A stretch of 63,871 nucleotides of DNA, filler included, from Octopus bimaculoides (lineage: Eukaryota): the NCBI RefSeq assembly GCF_001194135.2. It is 6 parts of 6 records of this genome, joined end to end, with 100 filler letters (N's around TTAATTAATTAA, not from the genome) between each part and the next. Parts side by side here need not be neighbours in the genome. Positions count along the whole stretch, not along the records: positions 1 to 15,666 come from NC_068988.1; positions 15,767 to 25,449 come from NC_068981.1; 4 more parts are not named here. The stretch is one strand, 5' to 3'. Shown here piece by piece: positions 12,282 to 24,740 of the stretch. Position 1 is the stretch's first letter, and each line of letters begins with the position of its first letter. The position numbers were made by a program, and so were the translations under genes. Below the pieces are notes generated by a model. The model made no database searches, was not told the origin of the DNA, and saw only the letters and a program-made list of their open reading frames with translations.

Positions 12282-12900
12282 TTATTTCGTTGTATCAAAT
12301 ACAAACAATAAAATATGAAGTTGTAAATAATATTGCACAACATTATTTTTCACTTGAATTGAGATCCAATTACAAAAAAATATAAAAAGATTAATCGCAG
12401 TATAATGGTCATCAAATGGTTTGAAATCAACTGTATGCTCAGTCAATTCTTCTGCATTAAAAAATCTGACAAACAAATATTAAGTAAAATTTATTAGCAT
12501 TGTTGTAATCTGTTCTACGTTTTCTATTTGGTTGTCTTCAGCTTATTCTGTAGTTGCTAATGTATTCACCCAGAAATATTTTCAAATTGAAACAATGTGT
12601 TCAGAGTGACATGAATGCGCCTTCCCTTAAAAACAAAATTCTTTCTTACTTGCTGTTGATAAAATGATTAGCGTCATCAAAATACATTTGTGGAGAAATT
12701 TTAAAACATCAATTCCAAAACATTTCTGTTAGATTATCGTTTATTTTACTGGACTCGCTTACGATTACAAATAAACAACTGAGAGTAATCTCTCTTCGAC
12801 AATAAAAATAAGCGTAGGAAACATGAGCATAGTCGGAAAAAAATCCAATTCTTTTTTATCTAAAAATTTTTATGTCATATATAGGGATGACAAGAATTGA
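12282..12900 (-). pseudogene. Possible decayed hAT-like transposase fragment
   Basis: Stop-riddled frame with NVEQITTML..LFVRFFNAEELTEHTVDFKP, weakly resembling the hAT EQ.S..VRFV...EHFLGF motif. Confidence 0.3.
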
Positions 12901-14110
12901 ATCTCTTATCTATTTCTTTTTAACTAATCTAAAAACAATCAGATATATAACTTAAGGTCATAGTGGAGGAAAGCAAACGTCTTGTATCAACATAGCAAGA
13001 ACGTTTGAATAAAATAAAATGTATGTGAGAGTGAGTGACATAGCTTCCAGAAGACAAGCTATCCACTAGATAAAATCTGGAAAAAATCCAGGCTTTTATA
13101 GATTCCAATGGAAGTTTCTAGAAGCGTTCCGAAATACATTTTAGAACAATTCTGGCTAAAATCTAGAATCATTTCGGCTGAAATCTGTTCAACCAATAAG
13201 AGGACTTGTTTTAAATTGGCTTAAAACAAAGCTGCCAAAACAAAAGCACTCAATACAGCATTAATACAGTAGAATTAGCCTAATTCGTCTTTGGCTAATT
13301 CGTTCCTTCACCTAATTCCTCACTTTCAATTTTTTCCTAGGGTGGACTAATTAGTAGAATTTTACTGCAGTTTTTTAAGATTAATTTTATTTTATTTCAT
13401 TTTTAAAATACTGCTTTTTTCAAAAATAAGCCCATGGGCTTAACTACAGGCTTTAATAATTTTGCAAAAATAATTTTTTTCTGAAAATTATAAAAATATT
13501 ACTGGGGCTACTCATAAAATGACAATCGGAATATAAACACATAAGCTTAAAATCGGATGAGATTATTTTTGAAAAAACCCAGTAATATGTTTATAATTTT
13601 TGTTTTAATAAAATGTAGTAAATTTTTAAAATGTTATTCTCAGCTGCAATATTTTAAGTATAGTAGAATTTTAATTTTATGTACTTTTTAGTTTCCTTTA
13701 GAGGTAATAAAATAGGGAAATTGTACTGTATAAATCTTGTTCTGTACTTTTCCAGATGTAATAACTTAAGAATATTAACATACATGCACCCGCAGTTTTC
13801 ATTGTAATATATATTAGACATATTTGCACGATTATACTTACACTTGCAAACATACCTATGTAAGTATATATATGTANNNNNNNNNNNNNNNNNNNNNNNN
13901 NNNNNNNNNNNNNNNNNNNNNNNNNNNNNNNNNNNNNNNNNNNNNNNNNNNNNNNNNNNNNNNNNNNNNNNNNNNNNNNNNNNNNNNNNNNNNNNNNNNN
14001 NNNNNNNNNNNNNNNNNNNNNNNNNNNNNNNNNNNNNNNNNNNNNNNNNNNNNNNNNNNNNNNNNNNNNNNNNNNNNNNNNNNNNNNNNNNNNNNNNNNN
14101 NNNNNNNNNN

Positions 14111-14151
<41 letters not shown>

Positions 14152-14213
14152 CAACACAGCACATTATGCTAATGAAATTACAAACGAATGAAAGAAAAAT
14201 GTGATTTACATAC

Positions 14214-14541
14214 CGCCTCCGTTGAGCAAAATATACGATGAACAGTCGCAGTTATTACCACTAAGATCTCTCAGGTAAAACGATCGATGCATGCGACATG
14301 TGCCATTGCAATAGCTAAAATATCCACAACCATCGGATGATGTACACAGAGACGCACATTGGACACGAGATGACGTCTCCTCAATTGGTTTAAATGGGTT
14401 AGATAAGCATTGTGATTTAGGAAGTCTTTTGAAATTATTTTCTTTATACTCAGTATTCCCATTAATCGGAGACAAGAAAAGTACGAGTATCAAAGGTGAA
14501 CAGAATTTCAGAATGAAATGATTTTCAACAGACGTTGCCAT
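14214..14541 (-). CDS. PAN-domain secreted protein, exon 1 (signal peptide plus PAN/apple module)
   Basis: Hydrophobic leader FCSPLILVLFLSPING, then SRVQCASLCTSSDGCGYFSYCNGTCRMH (PAN C-x3-C-x5-C pattern); acceptor tttccag 2 nt before the ATG; donor G|GTATGT. Confidence 0.9.
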
Positions 14542-15879
14542 TCCTGGAAATATTATATAAATATATCGTTAGATTTATAAATAGATACATGCGCATACAG
14601 ACACCCCTGTATATATATGGAGAATAATAAAAAACGTTAAAAAAACAGTTTGAGTATTAAAATGCATATATACATTCGTTGATGATAAAATATATTTAAA
14701 GTATAAAGCTTTGTATGAACTTTGTAGTGTTACATACTGATTATCACACATTCTCTGATAATAAGATGAAAATGTTAAAAACAGTGTATGAAAATACACA
14801 TATGGAAAAATACTTATACATATTTTTGATAATCGAATAAAGTTGAGGAGGAACTGACCTGGCTTTTTTCTCTTGTGTATATTGAGGGAATGTTTTGCTG
14901 TCTTAAGAGACAGTATGACTAGCTAGCTGGGGTGGGAGGAANNNNNNNNNNNNNNNNNNNNNNNNNNNNNNNNNNNNNNNNNNNNNNNNNNNNNNNNNNN
15001 NNNNNNNNNNNNNNNNNNNNNNNNNNNNNNNNNNNNNNNNNNNNNNNNNNNNNNNNNNNNNNNNNNNNNNNNNNNNNNNNNNNNNNNNNNNNNNNNNNNN
15101 NNNNNNNNNNNNNNNNNNNNNNNNNNNNNNNNNNNNNNNNNNNNNNNNNNNNNNNNNNNNNNNNNNNNNNNNNNNNNNNNNNNNNNNGTTTGTGTGTTTT
15201 TTGTGTCGGTGGGGATGTTAGGTGTGTGTACGTGAGAGTGTGCGTATATCTCTTTGTCTGAGTATGTATGTGTTGTTTTGATCGTCCTTGTGGTGTGTGT
15301 GTGTGAGAGCAACCGTATGTATGTGTGAGGGTGTGTACGTATGTGTGTGTATGTATGTGTGCATCTGTGTGTATGCGTCGGAGTGAGTGTGGGAGTGTGT
15401 GTGTCTCTCTGTCTGAGTGGGTGTGTTGTTTTAAATATCCTTGTGGTGTATGTGTGTGTGTGTAAGCAACCGTATGTGTGTGTGATGGTTCATATGTATG
15501 TGTATGTCTGCATGTGTGTGTGTGTGGTATGTGTATATGAGTATGTGTGTGTTTTATCTATGGTAGGATGGTGTGTGTATGTGTGTACACGTTTGTGTGA
15601 GTGTGTATGTGTGTGATTAATATTTGTTAGGGTGTTGTGTGTGCGCATGTGTGTGTATGTGTATATNNNNNNNNNNNNNNNNNNNNNNNNNNNNNNNNNN
15701 NNNNNNNNNNTTAATTAATTAANNNNNNNNNNNNNNNNNNNNNNNNNNNNNNNNNNNNNNNNNNNNAAATGAAAAGAGAATGAAAACACATGTGCATCAT
15801 AAACAGGAGTGAACATGACACTTTAGTGTAAGTATCTAAACTGATTTATCAATTTCTTTAATTTTGTTCTTTTAATCTT

Positions 15880-16240
15880 TTGCTTGCGCTAGTCATTGGA
15901 CTGCATCCATACTGGGGCCCGCTCTCAGTACCTATTTTTAAAATCTGGTTCTTATTCTATCGGTGTCTTTGCCGAATCGCTAAGTTACACGGACGTAAGT
16001 AAACGCCGGTTGCTAAGCCGTGATGGGAGACAAACACAAAGACACACTCTCTTTCACACACACACACACACACACACATACTAGATATATACGATGGGAT
16101 TCTTTCAGTTTCCGTCTGCGAGATTTATTCAAAAGGCATTGGTCAGTCGGAGACTACATTAGAAGTCACTTGTCCAAAGTGTCACGCTGTAGGACTGAAC
16201 CCAAAATTACATTATTGCAAAGTGATCGTCTTAACCACAC
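15880..16240 (-). mobile_element. Degenerate tRNA-derived SINE
   Basis: Diverged homology to 6290-6780, with a central (CA)n. Confidence 0.7.
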
Positions 16241-16593
16241 AGCCACGAATCGCTTTTTCTCTCTCTCCAAAATAAGCAAAAGAACATATGATTTAAGCTG
16301 AATATTACTTTTGTTATATACATTCACTTGTCTTGAGTGGTTTGGTACGTGCAGAAATGTAGAAGTACAATTTATGTATTTTTGCATCTTCATGGCGAAA
16401 ACTGATACTTGTCATTAGCTATTTGTTAAACTGTTAATTCTGTTTTTTTTTTTATTACCTTATTTCAGTTAAATTAACGAGTAGTATTTTGTACCCTTTT
16501 TAATGAGTTTCTTTTTCTGAAAGCCTTTTTGTCTCCACTTTCCATATGAAGGAACCACCTGCTGATGTGGGTTGATGGACAGTGTCATAAGAT

Positions 16594-16933
16594 TAGTGTT
16601 TTTCAACCATTTTTAAAATCTATATGATTACTATTTTATTCTGGTGGACCCATAGCTAATCGATATCTAAATCTAACTTTATAGAAACTTCTATCAAAAT
16701 TCCTATTTTGTTTTTCACACATTAACTTGTGTAGGTTGAACTATGTAAAATGTTAGAGAAAGAAACCTACCTGCTTCTTGCAATACGTACCAATACATAT
16801 ATCTAAAGCAAATTTTTTTTCAGGGGCCCATAAAATACTATTGTGAATCCCCAATTTATTATTTTGTGCGTGGACTCCCAAAAGTCTTATATGGACCCTC
16901 AGGGGCCATATGGATCCCGGTTGAAAACCATTA
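16594..16933. mobile_element. hAT-like MITE
   Basis: Terminal inverted repeats tagtgtttttcaacc / ggttgaaaaccatta; no conserved 8-bp TSD. Confidence 0.6.
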
Positions 16934-17049
16934 TTTCTAGACTGAAAATCCCATATTAGATTACAAATCAGCATAGCTCGTGCTTGATAACTTAGCTACT
17001 GAAGGTTAAGGTCATCCAGGGTGGTTGCTACAGTCCCGTTAGGTGCTGC

Positions 17050-17520
17050 AGTAAAAAAAAAAAACAACTTTTTTCTCCTTCACACGTCATTTCGGCTATT
17101 TATTTATAGACATTACTGACTATTATAGTTTGACAAACATGTCCGCCATGAAGACAAATCTCTCTCCTCCGCTATCCCACTAAAAGTCCCCACAAAATGA
17201 AAAAAAAAAAAAGCAGGCATGGTTTTAGAGGGGGATATATAACACTTAGATATGTCGGGATATATTTAAGTATAGATAGTCAAGAGTAGTAAATACAGTG
17301 GAAGCTGCTTATTATCAGAGATATTGTTATCAAAATTAGTGCGTTCTAAACAATTTCAAGATATTCTTCTGCTTTAATGCTAACAGCTGGTTGCTATTGT
17401 CTGAAAGACTCCGCCCAAAAGTAATCGCAATAAACGCCATCAACTACAGTACATTTTAAATTTACTTCCTGAACACAAACGCACCCATATACGTAGTACA
17501 CGCATATAAAATTTATGTAA
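17050..17520. promoter_or_regulatory. Candidate promoter region
   Basis: Non-repetitive, locally CpG-containing; CACGTCA (CRE-like), CCGCCATG and CGCCAT (YY1-like), CCGCCC (GC box); lies between two divergently oriented coding exons. Confidence 0.3.
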
Positions 17521-18379
17521 TTACATGTTTTTTTTTTAATTTTATTCATTGCTTTTTTGTTTTTAAAACAAAATTCGGTTGCTATTGTGTGGTATGTTGT
17601 TTTAAAACTTGGCAGTTATTAATATTATGATATCAAGAGGTTGGGCCAACGCATTTCCATTGTTGAATATAATTTGTATTTCAGGCTTGAAAATAAACGA
17701 TTTCTATGAATTAATTAACTAAATTTAATTAACAAACGATAAACTAGTTAGAGTAATTATATCACTACTGATTTGTTGTTTTCATAGTGTTGTTGTTGTT
17801 GTCGTTGTTTAACCTCCAAGCCAGCAGTTAGATATGATCAAATCAAATAGTGTTCCAACAATGACCATCACGACTGGAATATGTTTTCTTTTCTTGTCAG
17901 ATACAGGTTACGGTCATATTATCCATCATGAGTTGATCAAAATTAGGCTACTATTTCTGGCAAACCGAGTGACCACGTGGAGCTGCTACCCCAATAGCTC
18001 GGCGTTACACTATATATTAAACACACTTCAAAACTATGTAATCAAGTAATATGTCTTAAGTGTTTGTTGGTTACCTTGCAGGTGTGCATTGTTTGACTGG
18101 CCTAGTTTTTCAACTCTTGCTGCAGTTAAAGTACAAACTAACCACTGTTGCTTTACTGGTGATAATTTCCCCAGCAGAGATGTAAGATAGATTGAACAAT
18201 GGAATTGTATTTGCCTAACATTCTTACTACCTGTTGATTGTGCTTTCGTTTCCAAGTAAGCCTCTTATGTGGTCGCACGACTTGCTAGATATCTCAACCT
18301 AAATGTCTCATCAAAAGACACCGTATCGTTTTATTTTTTTATCTTTCACCCTCTATTTTTTTTTAACTTGTCTTAGTCA

Positions 18380-18568
18380 TAAGACTGCGGCCATGCTAGG
18401 GCTCTGTCCTGAAGGGTTAAGTTGAACAATTCGATCCTAGTATTATTTTTTAAATGTCTGGTAACTTCTTTTATCGGTCTCTTTTATCGAACCAGTAAGA
18501 TATGGGAAAGTAAAGTAAACAAATCAACACCGGTTGCCAAACGGTAGGAGACAAACGCGAAAACAAAG

Positions 18569-18665
<97 letters not shown>

Positions 18666-18800
18666 ACGCGATGGGTTTCCACACAGTTTCTGTCTACCAA
18701 ATTCCCTCACAAGGCAATGGTCGGCCCAGGGATATAGTAGAAAGTATAGAAGTGGGACTGAACCCGAAGAGCACGTGATTGTAAAACGAGCTTTTTAACC
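18380..18800 (-). mobile_element. Degenerate tRNA-derived SINE with long central (CA)n
   Basis: gactgcggccatgct tail and gggactgaacccg head, homologous to 6290-6780. Confidence 0.75.
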
Positions 18801-19871
18801 ATACAAACAAGGGGAGACATTAGTTAATTTATGTACACCTAGATACTCTTAAAAAAGGATAGTTACGACTGGGACACCTCGATCCAATTTGACCTCGGGT
18901 TAAACAAAAGCAACAACAATGGACACGATTCCTTTCTTGAGTCCTCAGTTCCCTTCGTGAGACACCGCCTATCTTGGATATCTACACTGGGCAAAAACCA
19001 TTCCAATCCAGTTTCGGCCGCAGTTGATTCCTTCCAGAGAGTAATAGGAGAAAAAGAAATCTTTGGTGTTTCCCAACGGGAAGGGAGATGAGTATGAGGA
19101 ATAGCGGAAAGTAGGGTGTAAAAAAAATGAGGAAAAAAAAGAGGTATCTTTGGGATTTTCTTTTTTAGAATCATAATTCCCGTCGTATGAAACAGGGATA
19201 CTAAGATATAAAACAAAACCCTACCGTTTTTCTTAACCTCAAGGTATAACAGGACTTCAAATTCGAAATTTCCACGAAGAATCAACTCCAGTAATTGACT
19301 GGTATTTTAGATATTAAACTCGACCCTTTTTTTTGCCTCCCTTAGAAGTATGGGACTCCTAATCCGAAACTTTCACGAAGAATCAATCCCAGCAATGGAC
19401 TGGTACCTCAGTTATCGAACTCGGAACGATGAAAGACGAACTGAGTTTGAGCGGGATCTGAACTCGGATCCTTGGAGTGCTAGAAAATATTCTGTCTGGC
19501 ATTTAAAGGGCTCTGTTAGCTTGCCCACCTTTACAACCACTTGTATCCCTAAGACATATATTAGACTTCTTTCTGTCTCTATCGAACTAATTAGCAAACT
19601 TTGGATGATATATATAATACGAAGAACACACCATGCTGCCTGGACGGGAATCGAATTCACGACCTTACTATCATGAGACCAACAGCTTAAACATTAGGCA
19701 TCGCACCTACATATGCAGAATATACATAATTATATACTACTGGTAGGCTTGTGGAAATTGCACGCTTTACTTATGTTCTATTTTCAATTTTGATGCATAA
19801 ATTCTCTTATTTCTGTTTTTGTACACAGCATAAGACTTGTAAAATCTTTACATCGATTCTCTATCTTAAAG

Positions 19872-20215
19872 ATTTCGATTATGTCTTCGATTTTGTTCGA
19901 TAGTTAACATTGTTGGGCGTATAACATCCATACTTCTTTTATTATGTTAAATATTTCGGTTGTCTTATATTTTGTTTCATAGCTAACGTTGTTGAACGTA
20001 TAATATTTATGTCGCTTTATGTTAAGTATTTCAATTGTCTTCGATTTCGTTTTACAGTTAACGTATAATATTCGCACTTGTGTATTATTGCCTTAAATAT
20101 TTCAATTATTTCTTATATATCGTTCCATAGTTAATGTTGTTGAATGTATAACATTTATACTTGTTTTATTGTATTACAAATTTCTATCGTGTCTTCAATT
20201 TTGCTCCATAGTTGA
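19872..20215. repeat. Degenerate minisatellite, 71-81-bp unit, about 4.5 copies
   Basis: Units start at 19872, 19953, 20028, 20099 and 20180 (atttc..ttgtctt..ttt.gtt..atagttaac.ttgttg..cgtataa). Confidence 0.75.
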
Positions 20216-20550
20216 GGTTTTTAAAGTGTAACACGCGAACATATGCTGCGACAAGCCAAATGATATTGTATATTTTTAAAAATGTATGTCTTATTAAGTT
20301 GACTCGATGTAGTTCATTCAACACTACTGCTTCAAATATATGCACATCATATAAAAATAACGAACATGCATATTTGCGTGCATGCAACATGAATTTGTGC
20401 GCGCACACACACACACACTTACATTCATTTTCGTATGTACACACATATATACATACACACACATATACACGCACACAAACTTAATTCATACATTTTCGTA
20501 TGTGCACACTTACATAAATACATACATACATGCATGCATAAACACACACA

Positions 20551-20590
<40 letters not shown>

Positions 20591-21315
20591 CACAAACACA
20601 CACACACAAACACACACACACACACATGTATATAGATATAGGCATACACAGCTGCGTTGGTGACATGAGCGAAGAGTGCGATTTGCGTGATGCTTGGTTG
20701 CTATTTCTAGCAAGTCCGAGTGACTCCTCTGTAGAAGATCTATCGTGTTATGATTTATTAGATGTGACTTAATGTTGTGACCTTCATGTATTTCCTCTGA
20801 AGTAAANNNNNNNNNNNNNNNNNNNNNNNNNNNNNNNNNNNNNNNNNNNNNNNNNNNNNNNNNNNNNNNNNNNNNNNNNNNNNNNNNNNNNNNNNNNNNN
20901 NNNNNNNNNNNNNNNNNNNNNNNNNNNNNNNNNNNNNNNNNNNNNNNNNNNNNNNNNNNNNNNNNNNNNNNNNNNNNNNNNNNNNNNNNNNNNNNNNNNN
21001 NNNNNNNNNNNNNNNNNNNNNNNNNNNNNNNNNNNNNNNNNNNNNNNNNNNNNNNNNNNNNNNNNNNNNNNNNNNNNNNNNNNNNNNNNNNNNNNNNNNN
21101 NNNNNNNNNNNNNNNNNNNNNNNNNNNNNNNNNNNNNNNNNNNNNNNNNNNNNNNNNNNNNNNNNNNNNNNNNNNNNNNNNNNNNNNNNNNNNNNNNNNN
21201 NNNNNNNNNNNNNNNNNNNNNNNNNNNNNNNNNNNNNNNNNNNNNNNNNNNNNNNNNNNNNNNNNNNNNNNNNNNNNNNNNNNNNNNNNNNNNNNNNNNN
21301 NNNNNNNNNNNNNNA

Positions 21316-21480
21316 TTTCCCCGTCATTGCTTTCTGAGTTCAAATTCCGCCGAGGTCGACTTTGCCTTTCATCCTATCGGTGTTGATGAAATAAATACCA
21401 TCTGAGCACTGGAGGTGATGTAATCGACTTATCCCCTCCCCCGAAATTACTGGCGTTGTGCCAAAATTTGAAGCCATTAT
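21316..21480 (+). mobile_element. SINE of the second family (gagttcaaattccgccgaggtcgactttgcc)
   Basis: B box GAGTTCAAATTCC plus shared core; ends in an ATT tail. Confidence 0.75.
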
Positions 21481-21744
21481 TATTGTAGTTGTTGTTGTTG
21501 TTGTATTCCAGGTCAGTTCTGACTGAGCAGTCTTATGATGAAAGATGTTTCAGCTGTGGCCACCTGCGTATCTATAACTATATCATCCAATCTCTTTCCA
21601 AGAGAGAAACTTGGGGTGCGATTTTTAGCAGGTCGAGCCCATTATAATAGAGGATCCTTCCGACATTAGTTGTAAATGAAATGATCTCCCGTTTGAGAGT
21701 TCAAGCCAGAAGAACCCAGTCTACAACTTTATCTTATGCTTGTT

Positions 21745-21935
21745 CCGGTCATTAGACTGCGGCCATGCTGGGGCACCGGCTCGAATCTTTAGTCGAATGA
21801 ATCGACCCCAGTACTTATTTTTAAATCTGGTATTTATTTTATCGGTTCTTTTGCTGAGCCGCTGAATTACGATGACGTAAACACACCAACACCGGTTGTC
21901 AAGCGATGGTGGATGCATCGACACAAGACATACGC

Positions 21936-21983
<48 letters not shown>

Positions 21984-22140
21984 GACGAGCTTCTTTCAGT
22001 TTCCGTCTACCGAATCCACTCACAAGGCTTTTGTTGGCCCGAGGCTATAGTAGAAGACAGTTGCTCAAGGTACTACGCAGTGGAGCTGAACCTGAAACCA
22101 TGTGACTGGGAAGCAAGCTTCTTGCTACAGAACCATGCCT
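21745..22140 (-). mobile_element. tRNA-derived SINE
   Basis: Homologous to 6290-6780 over the full length. Confidence 0.85.
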
Positions 22141-22408
22141 ACGCCTATAGTTACTTTGTTTACTTAATCCCTTCGCTCCCTATGCAGAATAGGCCACCGA
22201 TGTCCTTTTTCTTCCAAATCTAGTAGTTTTTGAATTGTCATCGATGCATCTATAACTTTTTTTTTCCAGGTAGGGGTGTTCGCTCTACGCAAAACTATTT
22301 TTACTTTTAGGAAGAAAGTCTTCATATTTTTTACTCTTTTTATCTGTGACGCATTGGAGACCCAACAAGGAGCTTGTGCTTCAAGGGAATAGCTCTGGGG
22401 CTCATTAA

Positions 22409-22628
22409 CCCTTTAACATATAAATCAGCCATACCAGACCCAAATATTCCACATGTTTTATGTTCAAACTGGCCAGATGCCACCTCTCATACCTACCAAA
22501 CAATGTCATTCTAGAAATATACAATCACGTCATCGAAATTTTGAAGCTACAAAATAATGCATGATTACCATAAAGCAATGTGAACAAACAAGTATTACAT
22601 TTGACAGAATAATCTGAATGCTAAAGGG
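22409..22628. mobile_element. piggyBac-like MITE
   Basis: TTAA|CCCTTTA ... TAAAGGG|TTAA termini with TTAA target duplication. Confidence 0.75.
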
Positions 22629-23034
22629 TTAAGGAATACAAACCACCAAAGTGCAACCACGACTAGAGTTTGTGGTGGACAACCTTGTACTGGATGATGA
22701 AAACGAGATTGCTTTGCAAAATCTCTTTTTGTACGAACACTGGGATCTGAGTAGAGAAGTAGTATTCCTAGTAGTTGTTGTAGTTATTCAGTTCAAGATA
22801 AATCTTAAAATAACAGACTTAATCAAAGGCATTCCAGTGGTGACCATCCGATGTTTTCCCCTATTTGGACATATCTCAGGATGACATTATATTATGCATA
22901 CTCACCGTCTTTTCGAATGTTAGACTGTGATGTGAGGGAGATTTGGTTGTTGTTTTAAGCAGGCTTTTTGTCTGCTTTCGTTTTCGTCATTATTATTATT
23001 GCCACTACCACTCATAGTAGTTGTTGTAATGGTT

Positions 23035-23084
<50 letters not shown>

Positions 23085-23264
23085 AGAAGTAGTAGTAGTA
23101 GCAGCAGCAGCAGCTTTCCAGGAATGATCATCCCGAGATTTGGCTTCTTTCTCTAGCAGACTCCCTCATTGCCTCATGTCACTGTTATCGTAGTTTTACA
23201 GGACATCACTATACCATCGTTGGTATAGTGGTCATCACTCTTTACCACTGCCCTAATGGTCAGT

Positions 23265-23640
23265 GGTAAAGCGGTGGGCTGACAGAATGCTTAGCGGTAT
23301 TTCGTCCGTCTTTATGTTCCTGAGTTCAAATGCCGCCGAAGTCGACATTGCCTTTCATGTATTCGAAATCAATAAAATAAGTACCAGTTTAATTCCCCCA
23401 AAATAGCTGGCTTTGTGACAAATTTGTGAAACCATTATCACCATTAAGGCAAGTCAGTGGGCAGAATCGTTAGCACCCAGGGCGAAATGCTCAGGTTCTG
23501 AGTTCAAATTCCACTGTGGTGGACTTTGCCTTTCATATTTTCGGTGTCGATGAAATCAGTATCAGTACAGCACTGGGGGTGAATGTAATCGACTTTCCCC
23601 TTCCCCAAAATTTCAGGCTTGCGCCTACAGCTGAGATGAT
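23265..23640 (+). mobile_element. Two adjacent SINEs of the second family
   Basis: Two heads (cagaatgcttagc..gagttcaaatgccgcc and cagaatcgttagc..gagttcaaattccac). Confidence 0.7.
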
Positions 23641-24583
23641 TATTAGGTCAGTGGTTGGCATGTGCGGTACAACCACCAAATCCTAACCTCAAAATTTTCA
23701 CTAAATGCTTTTGCTAATATTTAGCGTGATCCTATTACAACCGGAGTTCAAATGTACACTAGTAGACGAGAAACTATTACTGATTATATATCTCCGAGAT
23801 GGATGTATGGAAAATCATAAATTCATCCTGGCAAGAAATGTTTTCAGGTAGCATAAATATGAAAATAAATATCGGAAGAATTCATCTTATGTTCATCCTT
23901 ACTTCCAGCCTAAAAAGATTATGCCCATGGGCAAATGTTTTCTACTGTTAAGCTTTGGGTTCATCAAAGCATTGTGAATCAAAATTCGTAGGGAGAAAGC
24001 ATCCAGTAGTATGAGCACGCACGTGTACCTCGCGCTAGCGCGTATATATCCCGAATTGCTGTATGTTTGTATTTATATATGTATATATATGTATGTGTTT
24101 ATGTATATAATGTACATCGTTAGTGTTTGTTTACAGCTGTTGTCAAAAGCGATACTTTGTATATGTTGTAGGTATCCCGTAACTTAGCATTTCGGCAAAA
24201 AGATTTGATAAAATACTTATCAGACTGAAATACGTAATAGGCTCAGTATAATCTTCGCGTCGCTTTTGTAGCATTTGCTTATCTTAAAAGCCATAATCAT
24301 TATCATTGTCTAACTGAATAAAGTTACAAGATCGTAATTTCGATATAATTTTCACTGGATTTACGCCAGGAAATCTGCAGAATTTCTTGAGTTTATAAAT
24401 GATGAAGGAAACGAAAGATGGATTTAGTATGAATCTTTATTCAGCATTACGATCGTTTCGGCCAATCCTACAGCTGCCCCTCTTTGGCATATTCTCGTTC
24501 GTTGTACGTGTATACATAGATACATACATACATAAAGATCAACTTCCCGGTGGAAGTGAGCAAAGATTAGTTTTCCAGTGGAT

Positions 24584-24740
24584 ATGAATGACGCGTCAAA
24601 AATTGGAGGAAAGGAGAACATATATGGAGGACTAATGGGAAAACCACATCTCTTATATCCAGAGTATGGATTTTTATTTGTGTTAATTATACTAATTATC
24701 ATAGGTGCAGTGGACTCGTCACGTCAGATTTTCATTAAAG
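24584..24740 (+). CDS. Candidate first coding exon with signal peptide (gene identity unproven)
   Basis: Acceptor ttttccag at 24578, ATG at 24584, hydrophobic GFLFVLIILIIIGAVDS, strong phase-1 donor AAAG|GTAAGA. Confidence 0.5.

Noticed and set aside
15711-15722. Identical TTAATTAATTAA islands between N runs (also near 25494, 28566, 36408, 60483)
   Set aside because: Always centred in N gaps and encodes stops in all six frames; this is a scaffolding linker, not biology.
18863-19285. 140-aa minus-strand ORF with an open frame on the plus strand as well
   Set aside because: No recognisable motif and no convincing splice pair; cannot be supported without a homology search.
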